A DNA stretch of 63,665 nt, the filler included, from Chiloscyllium plagiosum (Eukaryota): NCBI RefSeq assembly GCF_004010195.1. It is 4 parts of one record of this genome, joined end to end, with 100 filler letters (N's around TTAATTAATTAA, not from the genome) between each part and the next. Parts side by side here need not be neighbours in the genome. Positions count along the whole stretch, not along the records: positions 1 to 28,977 come from NC_057711.1; 3 more parts are not named here. One strand, 5' to 3'. The notes beneath the pieces were generated by a model, which saw only the letters and a list, made by a program, of their open reading frames with translations, searched no databases and was not told where the DNA came from. This document shows positions 13,290 through 26,139 of this stretch, piece by piece. The position numbers were made by a program, and so were the translations under genes. Within the stretch, counting starts at the first letter, position 1. Each line of letters starts with the position of its first letter.

Positions 13290-14140
13290 ATCAGACAATA
13301 TGGAATTTGCCTTTCAGCCCATTAGGTCTGAAGAAGGGCTTATGCCCAAAACGTCGATTCTCCTGCTCCTTGGATGCTGCCTGACCTGCTGCGCTTTTCC
13401 AGCAACACATGTTTCAGCTCTGATCTCCAGCATCTACAGTCTTCACTTTCTCTTAGCCCATTAGGTCTGTATTGTCAAAATTATATTACTATCTGCTCTA
13501 GTTCCACTCCCTACATTAGGCTATTACATGTATGACACTTTTCAAGTGTTCATCCTAAGTACTTTTTAAAGATTGTGAGTTTCCCACTTCAACTAGGTAT
13601 TGGATTAGTGGTGCTGGAAGAGCACAGCAGTTCAGGCAGCATCCAAGGAGCAGCAAAATCGACGTTTCGGGCAAAAGCACTATCCTTGGTAGTACATTCC
13701 AGACCCGACCCCCCTCTGGATGCAAAGGTTTTTTCCTTCAAATTCCCTCTAAACCCCCTGCCTTTCACTTCAGAATTATTTTGAAGTCCTCACCCTATTA
13801 ACAGTTCCACTAAGGGTAATGGCTACTTTCTATTCACCTTGCCCATGCCCTTCATAATCTTATACACATCTATCAAGTTGCCCCCTCAAACTTTGCTGTT
13901 CCAAACAGAACAGCCCTCATCCAACTTATCCAGCCTCTCTTCAGAGCTGAAATGCTCCATCCCAGGCAACATCCTGGTGAATGTCCTTTGCACCCCCTCC
14001 GGCGCACTCACAACCTTCCTGTAGTGTGGTGACCAAAACTGTATCTCGTACTGCAGCTGTCTCCTGTACAGCTCCAATATAATCTCCTTGCTTTCATCAT
14101 CTATGCCACAGCTGATGGCACCCTATATACATTCTTAACT
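13290..14140 (-). mobile_element. CR1 LINE 3' fragment interrupted by two Penelope terminal inserts
   Basis: ORF 13886-14077 contains QFWSPHYRK...VQRTFTRMLPGMEHFSSEERL. Confidence 0.8.
13328..13454 (+). mobile_element. Short Penelope-like terminal fragment with a family-A hammerhead (G12>A) and 15-bp TSD
   Basis: CTGAAGA-A-GGGC-TTAT-GCCC-AAAA-C-GTC; flanking direct repeat AGCCCATTAGGTCTG at 13316-13330 and 13455-13469. Confidence 0.85.
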
Positions 14141-14386
14141 AAAATATCAATTTCAGATAAATAATATCAAATAACTTTTGGTGCTGCATTCTATTCTTAA
14201 CTCATAGTTTCACCCAAACCAAAATCAATTGTAAGGAATTAGCAACATTTTGGTTTCTGTACACACTGATGCTAGCCTGGGCAAGAATGTGTATGTTTTA
14301 ATTCTCTGAAGCTGGGAAGGCTAGCATTTGTTGTCCATCTCCAGTTGCCTAGGAGAGGTATTAATGGGACTTTATGCAACCTCTGT

Positions 14387-15380
14387 GATAAAGTTAAAAA
14401 TCACACAACACCAGGTTATAGTCCAACAGATTTATTTGGGACCACTAGCTTTCAGAGTGCTGTTCCTTCATCAGGTGATTGTGGAGTACAAGATTGTAAG
14501 ACGCAGAATTTATAGCAAATGTTTACAGTGTGATGCAACTGAAATTATATATTGAAAAAAACCTGGATTGCTTGTTACATCTCTCATACTTTAGAATGAC
14601 CATGTTGGTCTCAGTTCCTTCATATGTAAATCCCAGAATCTTTTTTAAAGTTACATTCACAAGTGAACTTTAACAATAGGTGCCGTGTCCGCTCAGATAA
14701 TGCATTGAAGGTGTGAGGTGCCCTGTATGAGGCTCTCTGTGCCCCAATGTTCAGACTGATTCAATTTCTTAAAAAAGGCATTTACAGAATCTTACTCCAC
14801 ATGGATTCATGCAGTTTTTGAGCACACTCTCTCACAGACACTCATAAACGCACACCCTGCCAACACACACACCCACATGAACACACACACATAGAAGTTT
14901 ATGGGGTGAATGTTTACTTGCAGAATTACATTTTATTTTGCTCAAAAACTGCATGAATCCATGTAAGATTCTGTAAATCCCTTTTTTTAGAAATTGAATC
15001 AGTCTGAACACTGAGGCACAGACACCCTCACACTTTCAACACAGTATGTGAGCAGACATGGTACCTATTGTTAAAGTTCACTTGAAAAAGTAACTTTAAA
15101 AAAAGTTCTGGAATTTATATATAAAAGAACTGAAACCAACATGGTCATTCTAAAAGATGAGAGCTGTAACAAACACTCCAGGCCTTTTTTAAATAGATCA
15201 TTTCAGTTACATCACACTGTGAACTTTTACTATAAATTCTGAGTCTTATGATCTTATACTCTACAACCACCTCATGAAAGTGCTCTAAAAGCTAGTGCTT
15301 CCAAATAAACCTGTTGGACTATAGCCTGGTGTTGTATGATTTTTTAACTTTGTACATCCCAGTCCAACACTGGCACTTCT
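14387..15380. mobile_element. Penelope-like element (family B) as a long inverted-repeat structure
   Basis: Left arm ~14387-14825 is the diverged reverse complement of right arm ~14935-15380. Each arm carries a degraded CTGATGA...GAAAGCTAGTG hammerhead (14441-14479 on -, ~15265-15297 on +). Confidence 0.85.
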
Positions 15381-16577
15381 AAATCCGTAATAAAGATATT
15401 TCAACAATGATTTCAGATAAAGTATTTAAACTTCTGAGCAAATGATAATCAAGATGCAATGATAAAGTTGAGATGGTATTGAGCTTTGAGGGGAACTCAG
15501 AGGACTGATGTTCCTTTGAACATGGTGCCCTTGTCCTTCTGCGTGGTATAGATTGCAGATTTGGAAAGTGCTGCTGAAGCAGTCTAGCCAAATTACTGCA
15601 GGAAAGGATAGCACACAGTGGCAACAATTGTATGCTGATGGTGGAGACAGTGGATGTTTAAACTAATATCTTGATCACGTTGGTTATCATCCTGAATTAT
15701 GTTAAGATTTATATGTAGCAATTGTATCTATACATATTTTGTCTGAAGCAGTTACTATCATTAGTTTTTAATGCAAAATAATCTTTGCAAAAATGAACAA
15801 ATCAAAGCATTTAATGGTGGACATGCTGAGCCAAACAGTAGTGAAACATTGATTGACTGAGTGCTTGGTTTTCTTGTTAGATTGTACAGCCTCAAATGGA
15901 CTCAGGAACAAAAGTATTGTAAGCTACTTTAAATTCATTCTTGGGCAAGAAATTATTGCTCCGTCTAATTTAGAGGTCAACGCAGTATCAATCACACTGT
16001 TGTAGTTCTGGAGTCATGTTTAGAGCAGATTAGGTAATGGCAGTTGTCCTTTAAGGTGAGTTTTTACAACAATCCAATAATGTCATAATCATCATTAATG
16101 AGGTGAGCTTTTTATTTTAGATTTATTAATGAATTTCATTTAAATTTATCACTTTCTATGGTGGAATTTGATCTCCTCTCTCTGAAGGACTGGTCAATGC
16201 CTCTGAATTACGTAGTACCATTATTCTACTGTTCCTAGTCCTGTAAAACACTTAAACAAATAAAGCGGTCAATCCTTTGAATAAAATAAAACAGCAATTT
16301 ATTATCTCTTACATTGACAAAAATAAAGGGAGATATAAGTCACCAAAATTCAGTGCCATTTGAATTACAGAAACAAATAATTGGGACAAAGTTTGACAAA
16401 GTTAATCTCTTGTTCCCTCCACGGCTCCTAGGTGACTGGAGTGGTTACGAGACGCCAACGCCAAAGCTACCCCTGAGGTTGCCAAAGCAAGGATTTCTAG
16501 ACCGGTCCCACCATACTGCCATGCCAAAGCCACATCATCACTGCCATAGCAAGAAGGATCAGAGCAGACTTGCCAGG

Positions 16578-16861
16578 TTTAGATTAGATTAGATTAGATT
16601 CCCTACAGTGTGGAAACAAGCCCTTCAGCCCAACAAGTCTACACTGACCCTCCGAAGAGTAACCCACCCAGACCCATTTCGTTCTGACTCATGCACCTAA
16701 TACTATGGGCAATTTAGCATGACCAATTCAACTAACCTGCATGCCCACGCAGACACGGGGAGAATGTGCAAACTCCACACAGAGTTGCCCGTGCCTGGAA
16801 TTGAACCTGGGACCATGGTGCTGTGAGGCAGCAGTGCTAACCACTGAGCTACCGTGCCGCC
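16578..16861 (-). mobile_element. HE1-type V-SINE with internal deletion
   Basis: Reverse complement of gcggcacggtagctcagtggttagcactgctgcctcacagc (tRNA head); (AGATT)n tail at 16578-16600. Confidence 0.9.
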
Positions 16862-19800
16862 ATCAGGTTGCCAATGCTGAAGCCTTCGCCACTTCAGCCA
16901 CTGCCTGAATGCCGCTACAATGCCATCATAGCCATGAGGAATGAACCAGAACCACCATGCCACCACTGCTATAGCCACCACTGAAACCGTTGCACCACTG
17001 CCAGGAGGAACTGGTGATGATGCCTCTGATAAAACCATTTCCACACTGGCCATGAGGAACAGACATCTGGATCCACCCCTCTGCTGCTGCAGATTCTTGC
17101 CTTCCTTCACTGCAGCTACACAAAAGAAGAAAGGGTGAACTCTGATACAAAAATGAAATTAAGAAACGAAGAAACAATACATAAAAATAAAGAGCGCAAT
17201 GGGCCAGGTGAACAGGAGTATATGTGCACAGAGCCTGAACACCTCCAACTGTGCCACCACCACCATCTTGAACTATGCTTCTATTATTGACAACAGTGAT
17301 TCATTGGTAGCACTCTTCCATGTGCCCACAGTCTCCTTCACTCCATCTCCACTTCTGAGTTTCAGGTTCCAGTCCCAACATAAAGTCATGATCAAATAAT
17401 AGGAACTAACATTGCATTTGTCAGGGAAGAGATGTTAAATGGACACCCCAACTGCCGTCTGGGACAGATGTAAAACTTCACGTGAGGCCTGAAATGTGCA
17501 GGGAAGTAGCAGTTTCCTGACTACTATTTATCTCTCAATAAGTATTATTAGAAAAAAACAGTTCACTGTCACACTGCTGTTCATGTTGCTTAAATTACAA
17601 CAATGACTGTACTTCAAATATAATACGTTGGCTATTATTTGCTTTACAATGTCCTGAAGACACAAACGATGCCATTTCAATGCAAACCTCTCATTCACTT
17701 CTGACTTAGTTTTGATCCTGAAACAACAAGTGACTGTTCTTAGCAAATATATTGCACGGAATTATGAAAAGAGCAGTACCACGTGAATGTGAATAACGTT
17801 TAGTCCTTTAATTAATGCTGATGTGGTGGCCTGGATCTTTATTCACAGAGACCTGTTGACTTTGCCAGAATGCAATTGAAGACCCACATCCGGGCGTCTT
17901 ACCACAAAACTCACTCTCTACCATTTTTGTGCGGGTGGTACCATTGACTCCATTGTTTATGGAGACAACTGCACATGTCGAGCATGCTTAAATCATGATT
18001 TGTGCACTTTAAACCTGTTTTGAGAAAGTCTAAACATTCCAGAATTCTTTGAATAGATAGAGTCATCTTTTGGAGAGGTAAAGCAATTCCTTTGGGTATA
18101 TTCCTGGCAAATCCTTTGGAGAGGTCGGGTACCATTTAGTGTTGTTAAAAGTAAACATGAGTCTGCATAAAAAGTGAATTAACTCATTGGAATGGTAAAA
18201 GTTATTGGAACTGTCAAAGGAGCTGTGAAGGGAATTCTTAGGGAAGGTGTCAACGGAGTTTTTCAAAGATACTGTTGAGTGGTTAAGGCATTTAAATCTC
18301 CTGTCTTTTAAATGTTTGGAACTATTCATAATGTTAAAAATAACAATATTTGCAATTTCACTCTGTTGACATAATCCTGAGGGCTATTGTTACAAGATTA
18401 GTGCTGCATGACTGACTTCACATAACATTGTGATGGTATGTGCCTGTCAGTTCATCATTTTAATAACAGTTCAAAGTGCAAGCAAATTCTTTGATGTGGG
18501 GCTGTGAAAAGAATTTTTTTATCAGCAATTATAGAAAGTTGAGTAGTGAGTGATTCTTTGTCAATGAAAGTTTCTTTTTAAAAAATAATGAACTCATCAA
18601 TAGATACTTACCAAGTTTTCCATTGTCAAGATTGGGTAAATTGTCTTAGATGGTTCAAGGGAAAACATTGGTGGAAAAAAGGGTGCAGGTTAGTACTGAA
18701 GGTATAAAGAGTCATGGGCTGGGCAGAGGGTACAGATTGATATGGTGGGTATGAAGAACAACAGATGAGCATTGGTTCACACTGTGTCTGTAAAGGGTCA
18801 TGGTAATGAACCGACCCACATATAATATGGTTTGGCAAGAATAAGACACTGGGTGTGTGTGAAAGAGTGAGGAGTGGCATCTAGAGGCTGTTTATTCTTT
18901 TTTTAGTAACTGGAATAAAGGAGCAGAGTCCTGAAATAGGCCTTTCCCACTACCCACTTCTACACGTTACAGCCCCTGTAACTGCCTCCTAACATTTTCT
19001 GGGAGAAGCAGGCACAACTCCCATTATATCCTACTCCCTGGAATAAAAATTTGAACCTCCAGAGCAGTATCCCAGATGTTTAACTCTTCCAAGTCTGGAC
19101 TCCCACTTGAGGGTGAAAATTTAGGCTTGTACTTTTATAGCACAAAAATGTTGCACTGAGTTAAATTTAGTATTCAGTATCTTAAGCAACTTTGGAATTA
19201 AGATTTCAATCACTGCTCATTTTTAACATCTGCTCTAGAACAAATGTGATGGTAAGATACTTGCAAGCCGTGCACTGATGGTTATTGTTCAGTTCCTCAT
19301 TCTTTGATATGGTACATCATTACTATAAGATTGTAGCTAGGAAATTTCTGTTCACATTTTTGAAAGAGTATGAGACTAAACTTTCTTCTTAGAACTAACA
19401 TAATGACTTGAAATGAAGACATGTAAATATAGATTGTGAAAATCTTATTTCTTTACATGGGGTAACTTGTATTTAGTGCAATCCTGTAACCTATGGAAGC
19501 TGTCAGTGAAACTTCAATCAAAACTTTAATGAAAATAAATAATCAACAGAAATGTAAAATAGGCTGGCAATTTATTAGCATCTATTATATACTATTGCAT
19601 AAAGTCAAAATGACTTGCTACCAAGTCCATTCCATTTATAATTCTGTAATCTACTTCTTGAGTGGTATATTCCGAAAATTTAATTTCATAAATGAAATTT
19701 CTGGTCAAATTCTGATTGATCTCCAATTGTACTCAAAAAAGAGCCTTAAATAGTTGATTTACTGCAAAAAGTTCAGTAAACAACCTTGACCTAATATTCT

Positions 19801-20749
19801 CTATGGACAACATTGACAAACTCTCAGTCCCAAGCTGAAGACAATCATCATGTTCTATAGAACATGTAAATTCTCTGTCCCTAGGCCTGTTCTCAGTTTC
19901 ATTCGCAAATTAATATTCATGTTGCTTTTTGACTCAAACTCAATGATTTTAGTTAGCAGTCTGGTCCATGCATCTAGAATTTGATAGTACTCTAATCTAT
20001 AATCTCACTTGAGACATGGTCACTTAACACGCGTGTCCACTAGTTCTGTGTTGACTCAGTTAGCTTGCTGCCAACTACCGGAGTGACATTTGTGAAAGGA
20101 GAAGGTTGCAAACCTCAGTAATATCAGCAGCTAATGGGAAAAAGAATATTCTGCTGAAAGGTTCAACAGAAAATCATTTGAGCATTAATAGTATTGAGCC
20201 CTGTCTGACTTGACTGAGTAACTGTCAGAAATGCTTCCCAAACTGTTTGAACAAGATAAGCTATATTCATTTTTAATTCATTGCCTTTAGGGCTTATTTG
20301 CTTTAACTATTTTGCTAAACTAAATTTAAATGAACTTGCTTTTACATTTGATCATTAATCATCCTTACTTCTATAACTACTATTAGTCATAGTATTACCG
20401 ATACTTAGCAACAAAATAGTAAGCAAGCATTAAATTCACAAACATAACAAATAACTTCCCCAATGTCTCATTAGAAGTAAAATCGACAGAATGGGATTAT
20501 GAACTTTATTCTGTAATTTGATAGGAGTCATTGTATTTCTTGCATATGTCTGTCCTCTTTGGGGAGTGCAGAGAAAAAATAATGATTGTAAAATATCGGG
20601 ACTAAAAACAGAAAATGGTAAGAAATTTCCAATGAGCCAATCTTCAAATAAAAGTAAAAGAATGGGTGAATTACACTTCGACAGAACCCCAGATGAGGAA
20701 CCATGATGATCTTCATTAGCAACAGCATCAGCCAACTACTGATGGAGAC

Positions 20750-20990
20750 TCAGAGAGATGTACAGCACAGAAACAGACCTTTCAGTCCAACCCGTTCATG
20801 CTGACCAGATATCCAAAATTAATCTAGTTCAATTTGCCAGCATTTGGCCTATATCCCTCTAAACCCTTCCTATTCATATACCTGTCCAGATCCCTTTGAA
20901 ATGTTGTAATTGTAACAGCTTCCACTCTGAGGGAAAATGGCCCCAGCCTATTCAGCCCCTCCCTGTAGCTCAAATCCTCCAACTCCACAA
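20750..20990 (-). mobile_element. CR1 3'-end fragment
   Basis: Matches the reverse complement of the CR1 3' UTR also seen at 44895-45195 and 56900-57110. Confidence 0.75.
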
Positions 20991-21049
20991 TATAGCTGCA
21001 ATTCTACAGGAGAGAGGGGATCAGCTGAGAACTGCAGCTTACAGGTACA

Positions 21050-21800
21050 GATGACATACAAGCGGAGGAGAAGCTTTTTGAAACATTCAAACTCCATGCA
21101 GCTTGCTGGAATAAGACCAAGCTGGCTCAGTGACTGCATATTACCAGGGGCTGCCAAAGTCACCAGAAACCTCAACTCCTTTTGTATCAGCCTGCTTCTG
21201 GGGTTCTGTCAAAGGCATTTACAGGATGCTGCAATCAGAAGCCTCCAAATGCATCACATGAATGACTGATGGTTTGTTTGCCATTATGTTGACTTTGCCA
21301 ATGATGATGCCAATCAGAATGAGGGACATTCTGGTTTGTTGCTCTGATTGGCATCCCATAAGTTTCAATGACAGAAAATATTAAGGTAACCCCCAATTGA
21401 TTTGTAGTTTACAAACACTTTATGCATCAATATGCAGTTGCTTTGCAATCATAAAGACATCTTTGTGTGCAAGTTCCCAGAAACTCTCCATGATGCCTTC
21501 ATCCTGAGACAGTCCAAAATCCACAATCACTTTACACAACTAAACAGAGTTACCAGTTGGCTCCACAGGACAAGGAATACTTACTTAAAATTTGGCTCAT
21601 GATATTGCTCAGAAACAAGAGCAACGAAAAGTACATTGACTGCCATGTGACTACCATGTGTGTCATAGAATAAGTCATTCATATGCTGATCAGAAACATC
21701 AGGGGCAATTTGAAGACACCTTCCTGTGCATCAGCCAGGGTTTCCTGAATGTCTGTGGTGTGATGATCTCTGAACAGCATTACACAGCATTAAAACTTGG
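21050..21800 (+). pseudogene. Decayed PIF/Harbinger (HARBI1-like) DDE transposase
   Basis: Manual translation from ~21423 gives CINMQLLCNHKDIFVCKFPETLHDAFILRQSKI, and after a frameshift DKEYLLKIWLMILLRN. These match the Harbinger motifs S.N.Q.vC / aryPGS.HDafIL / GD.GY.L..WLmTP. Confidence 0.75.
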
Positions 21801-23129
21801 GCCTGCAGGAGGAACAGGGCAAAAGTCATAGTCCCTTTGAACAATTTTGAGAAGGATGAGGCAACAAAAGATGATGTGGGCATTGCACCACCGTGGTACA
21901 TATCACTGACCAAAATGTGTAAAATGCTCTGCTCAGTGTGAAGTGGACTCAAGTCTACCAATGCACACATCTAAATTACACATGCAAAGACACTTTTGAC
22001 TCCACTCACCTCTCTATCAAAATATTTCTGCAAACAATTAAGCCTCTCTTTGATAGTGCCCAACTTTTCACTGTCAATTCATATCTTCACACTCATGATT
22101 AGAAACTGTGAAGCACCTAAACATATTGCAGTTTGTTGAAGATACTATATATGAATGCGAGGTTTTGTTACTATTGTTAGAGAACAATGTAAAACTGGAT
22201 GTTTAATCTGGAATTTTCAGGCACAAGTAAACTTAAAACTTAATATTTATAAATAAGCATCAAGAGGTTGTGATAGAAATCACAGTAAAAAACACTTAAG
22301 GCATTTAATTCAATACTCTGTTCTTTTTGGTATGTTATCATATCGTTAAATGCTTCCATTATATTTATCACAAATGACCTTTAAGATATTACAAATAGCA
22401 CAAAGTGTGCTGAAGAAGAAGCTTTGCTGTGCAAAACCATGCTGTGCATGTGTGACAGAAGAGCAGTTAGCTCTAGTAGTTTCTGCTGTGAACATCATCA
22501 ATTAGAAACTAATTATACGTGGTTGACATGTCAGATTACTTGAGTGATAGAGGTGAGCTGACACAGGTTAAAGTAATCACACAATCAAAACAGAATACTC
22601 ACCTGCACACACATCATGGGTGCTGGAGAAACTATAAGCACTACCACAGTTAGGTGAAGAAAGAAAATAAAAGAAAAAAAATCAAAACAGAATATTTGAG
22701 AGCGAATGTATATTCTTTAGGTCCATTCAATTTAATACAAACAGGGATTTAACAATTGCTCCTAAAGTGTTTAACTCTTTAGAATACAACAAATGCCATT
22801 AAAATTTGGAATGTGACTGTAATGAGCAAGATAAGCTGCCCTAACCTTTCCCTTTCATGGTTGTACCCATTAGTTACATCCATAGTGGAAACAATATTAT
22901 GTACAATTTATGATCTACAGGAGAGTGATGACAAATAGTTAGGGCATGTAGCTAAGGCCATGCTCAGAGCAGCTACAATCTTATTGAATGGTGGAGCTGG
23001 CAGCATTGGTGAAATGACTCATTCCTGCTCCTGTGATCTGACAAATGTTTGCAGCTTCTCTTGACATGTCTCATTACATTAACATAGGAATTGCAGATTA
23101 AGAAAATGCTTAAGAATCAATGGAGTAAT

Positions 23130-23790
23130 TAAGTCACAGAATTATACAACTTGGAAACAGACCATTTGGTCAAACTTATACATGCTGAATGGATATCCAT
23201 TTGCCAGCATTTGATCCATATCCCTCAAAACCCTTCCAATTCATGTACCTATCTTTTCCTTTTAAATGTTGTATTTGTACCCACCTCCACCAGTTCCTCT
23301 GACAGCTTGTACCACACATGCACCTCCCTCTGCATGAAAACGTTACCCTTCAGGACTTCTTTAAATTTTTTCCCTCTAGTTTTGGACTCTCCTCTCCTGG
23401 GAAAAAGTCCTTTCCTATTCACCCCATCTATGCCCCTCATGATTTTATAAACTTCTGTAAGGTTTTCCCCCATCCTCTGTACTACCCCTGGCCTATCCAG
23501 CCTTTCCATATTGCTCAACCCTGGCAACATCCTTGTAAATCTTTTCTGAACCCTTTCAAGTTTAACAGTATCTTTCTCAAAGCAGAGAGACCAGAATTGC
23601 TCACAGTATTCCAAAAAATGGCCTAATCAATGTCCTGTACAGCTGCAACATGATCTCCCAACTCATTTATTCAATGTACAGACCAGCGAAGGCAGGTGGA
23701 CCAAACACCTTCTTCACCAGCCTGTCTACCTGTGACTCCACTCTTAAGGAACTATAAATCTGCACTCCAAGTTCTCTTTGTTTGGCAATA
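23130..23790 (-). mobile_element. CR1 LINE 3' fragment
   Basis: ORF 23249-23614: EYCEQFWS...LERVQKRFTRMLPGL...EVYKIMRGID. Confidence 0.9.
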
Positions 23791-24189
23791 CTCTAAGTCT
23801 ACAGGGTCTGATGATCTAACATGGTAGAGAAAAACCATTGGTAATTGAATGAGAAAAACCTGTTATCTTAAACAAGATGTAGTTTATGACTATTTGTGAT
23901 GGCTGTTTTAAAAAAGTAACTAAAAGGATCCTTGACTTTAATCAATGGAGGCACAGAACATAAAAATTAGGAGGTTATGCCAAACCTTTTTTTAAGGCAC
24001 TGGTTCAATCTCAGTTATTGCTTTTCAAATTTTATTTTATTCTTTTCTGGTGTTTGTTGCCTATTGAGGGCATTGAATTTGAAGAAGGACTTTAGAAAGG
24101 ATACAGAAGAGATTTACTAGAATGGTGATTTACTGGGGACAGTGGAACTTTACTGTGCATCTGGAGTCAATTCTGCTTAGGTCAGAAAA

Positions 24190-25461
24190 AGTTAGAAATT
24201 GCACAACACCAGGTTATGGTCCAATAGCTTTATTTGGAAGTACAAGCTTTTGGAGCACTGCTCCTTCATCAGGTAGCTAGTGGGGCAGGATCATAGAACA
24301 CAGAATTTATAGCAAAAGATCATAGTGTCATACAATTGATGTGATATATCCAACAAATCTGGATTTCTGTTAGAATGGGTTTCAGGTTTTGATTTATTAA
24401 TATGTAAATCACAGAACTTCTTTCAAGTCACATTCCTGAGATAACTTAAGATTTTATTAAAAAAAGGAGACATTTTAGCTTACACAATGCATCAAAGGTG
24501 TGAGGTTAGAGTCTGTCTGTATTCCAATCAAAAGTCAAACTGGTTCTATTTCCAAAAAAAAATTTATAAAATGTCACATGGATTGACCACCTACAGACTG
24601 TGTTTTTTGAACAAAATAGAATGTATCTGCAAATATAATTCTGCAAATGCAAATTCACCCTATAGACTTATATGTGTGCTTGTGTGCATGTGAGGTGTGT
24701 GTGAGTGAAGGAGAGTGTGTGTGTGTATGCTTGATAGAGTGGGTGTGAATGAGTGATGGAGTATATGCGTGTGAGAGGATATGCACTTGGGTGTGAGTGT
24801 GGGTGTATGTGTGTGTCTGATAGAGAGTGTGTGTGTGAGAGAGGGTCTGCCTGAGTGTGTGACTGTATATGTTGTGTACTTGTGTATGAGTGTGTGTATG
24901 AGAGTGTATAATGTAGTGGGGTCACCTGTCGTATGACATGAACCCAAGATCTCGGTTAAGGCCAGCTTCATGGGTACCACACTTGTCTATCAGCCTCTGT
25001 TTGGCCACACTGTGTTGTTGCATATCCTAAGGATGCCTTGGAGCACAGTCACCTGAAGATTTGAGGCCAAGATTGGAATAGATACAAACTCTAACCTCAT
25101 GCCTTCAATACATTGTCTGAGCTGAACTGTGACCATTTTTGATAAAACCTGAAGTTATCTTGGAATGTAACTTGAAAGAAGGTGTGGGATTTACATATTA
25201 ATGAATTGAAACCTGCAATTCCATTTGAAGAGATTATAGTTTTAACAGCAATCTAAGTTTGTTCAACATATCACATCAGTGTATGACACTATGATATTTT
25301 GCTATAAATACTGTGTGCTATGATCCTGACCCGCTAGCTACCTGGTGAAGGTGCAGCTCTCCAAAACCTTGTACTTCCAAATAAACCTATTGGACTATAA
25401 ACTGGTGTTGTGTGATTTTTAACTTTGTCCACCCCAGTCCAACACCGGCACCTCCTCATCG
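24190..25461. mobile_element. Penelope-like element (family B) with inverted arms, a (TG)n tract and a GIY-YIG remnant, inserted in an old CR1
   Basis: Arms ~24190-24560 and ~25075-25461 are inverted. Hammerhead remnants at 24240-24276 (-) and ~25337-25374 (+). The 24930-25070 segment resembles the endonuclease end at 52501-52675. TSD TAGGTCAGAAAA at 24178-24189 and 25462-25473. Confidence 0.85.
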
Positions 25462-26139
25462 TAGGTCAGAAAAGATTAAGGTGAGATTTAATGTAGGTTT
25501 TAAGATGTTGAAGGGGTTTTAATAGTGTAAGGAGGAACTGTTTCCAACTAAAGAAAGATCTAGATATATATATATCCAAAGCGCACAGGTTTGATTGGTT
25601 AAAGAACCAGTGGTGGCCTGAGGAAAAATCAGTGCATGCAGTGAGAAGTTATAATTGGGACTACACTGCCTGAGGGGGAAGCAAATACAGCAATAACCTG
25701 CATTGGGAAATTGTCCAGAAATAAAAAAAAGAAATAACGTGCAAGTTGATGTGGAAGGAGCAAGAGGGACAAACTAATTAGAAAGGCCTTCCATATGTCT
25801 AATACAGGCATGATGGGTTGAATGGCCTCCTCCTGTGCTGTGTTATTCAATAAGAAGAAACATTGTTCATAACTCACAGCCCACAGTCAATCAGGTTCTG
25901 TCAAGCCACATCAAACAGAAAAATTCCAAATTCATTCCCCAGTCTACACAGGCAAAGTTCATCTCAGCCACAACTGCAATTGGCTGTGAATGAGGGAATG
26001 GTGATCTTGAACTGAGGTGTAGATTCTCCTGAGCAATATAACACAGAATCTGCCTAGTTTACTAGCCTTAAACATTGTGTTTAGTGGATGCACTTTTCAG
26101 AAGAGTAAAAGATTGATCTAAACTACGATAGTTGAAACT

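Noticed and set aside
24660..24980. His/Thr-rich ORFs
   Set aside because: Translation of a degenerate (TG)n tract inside a Penelope element.
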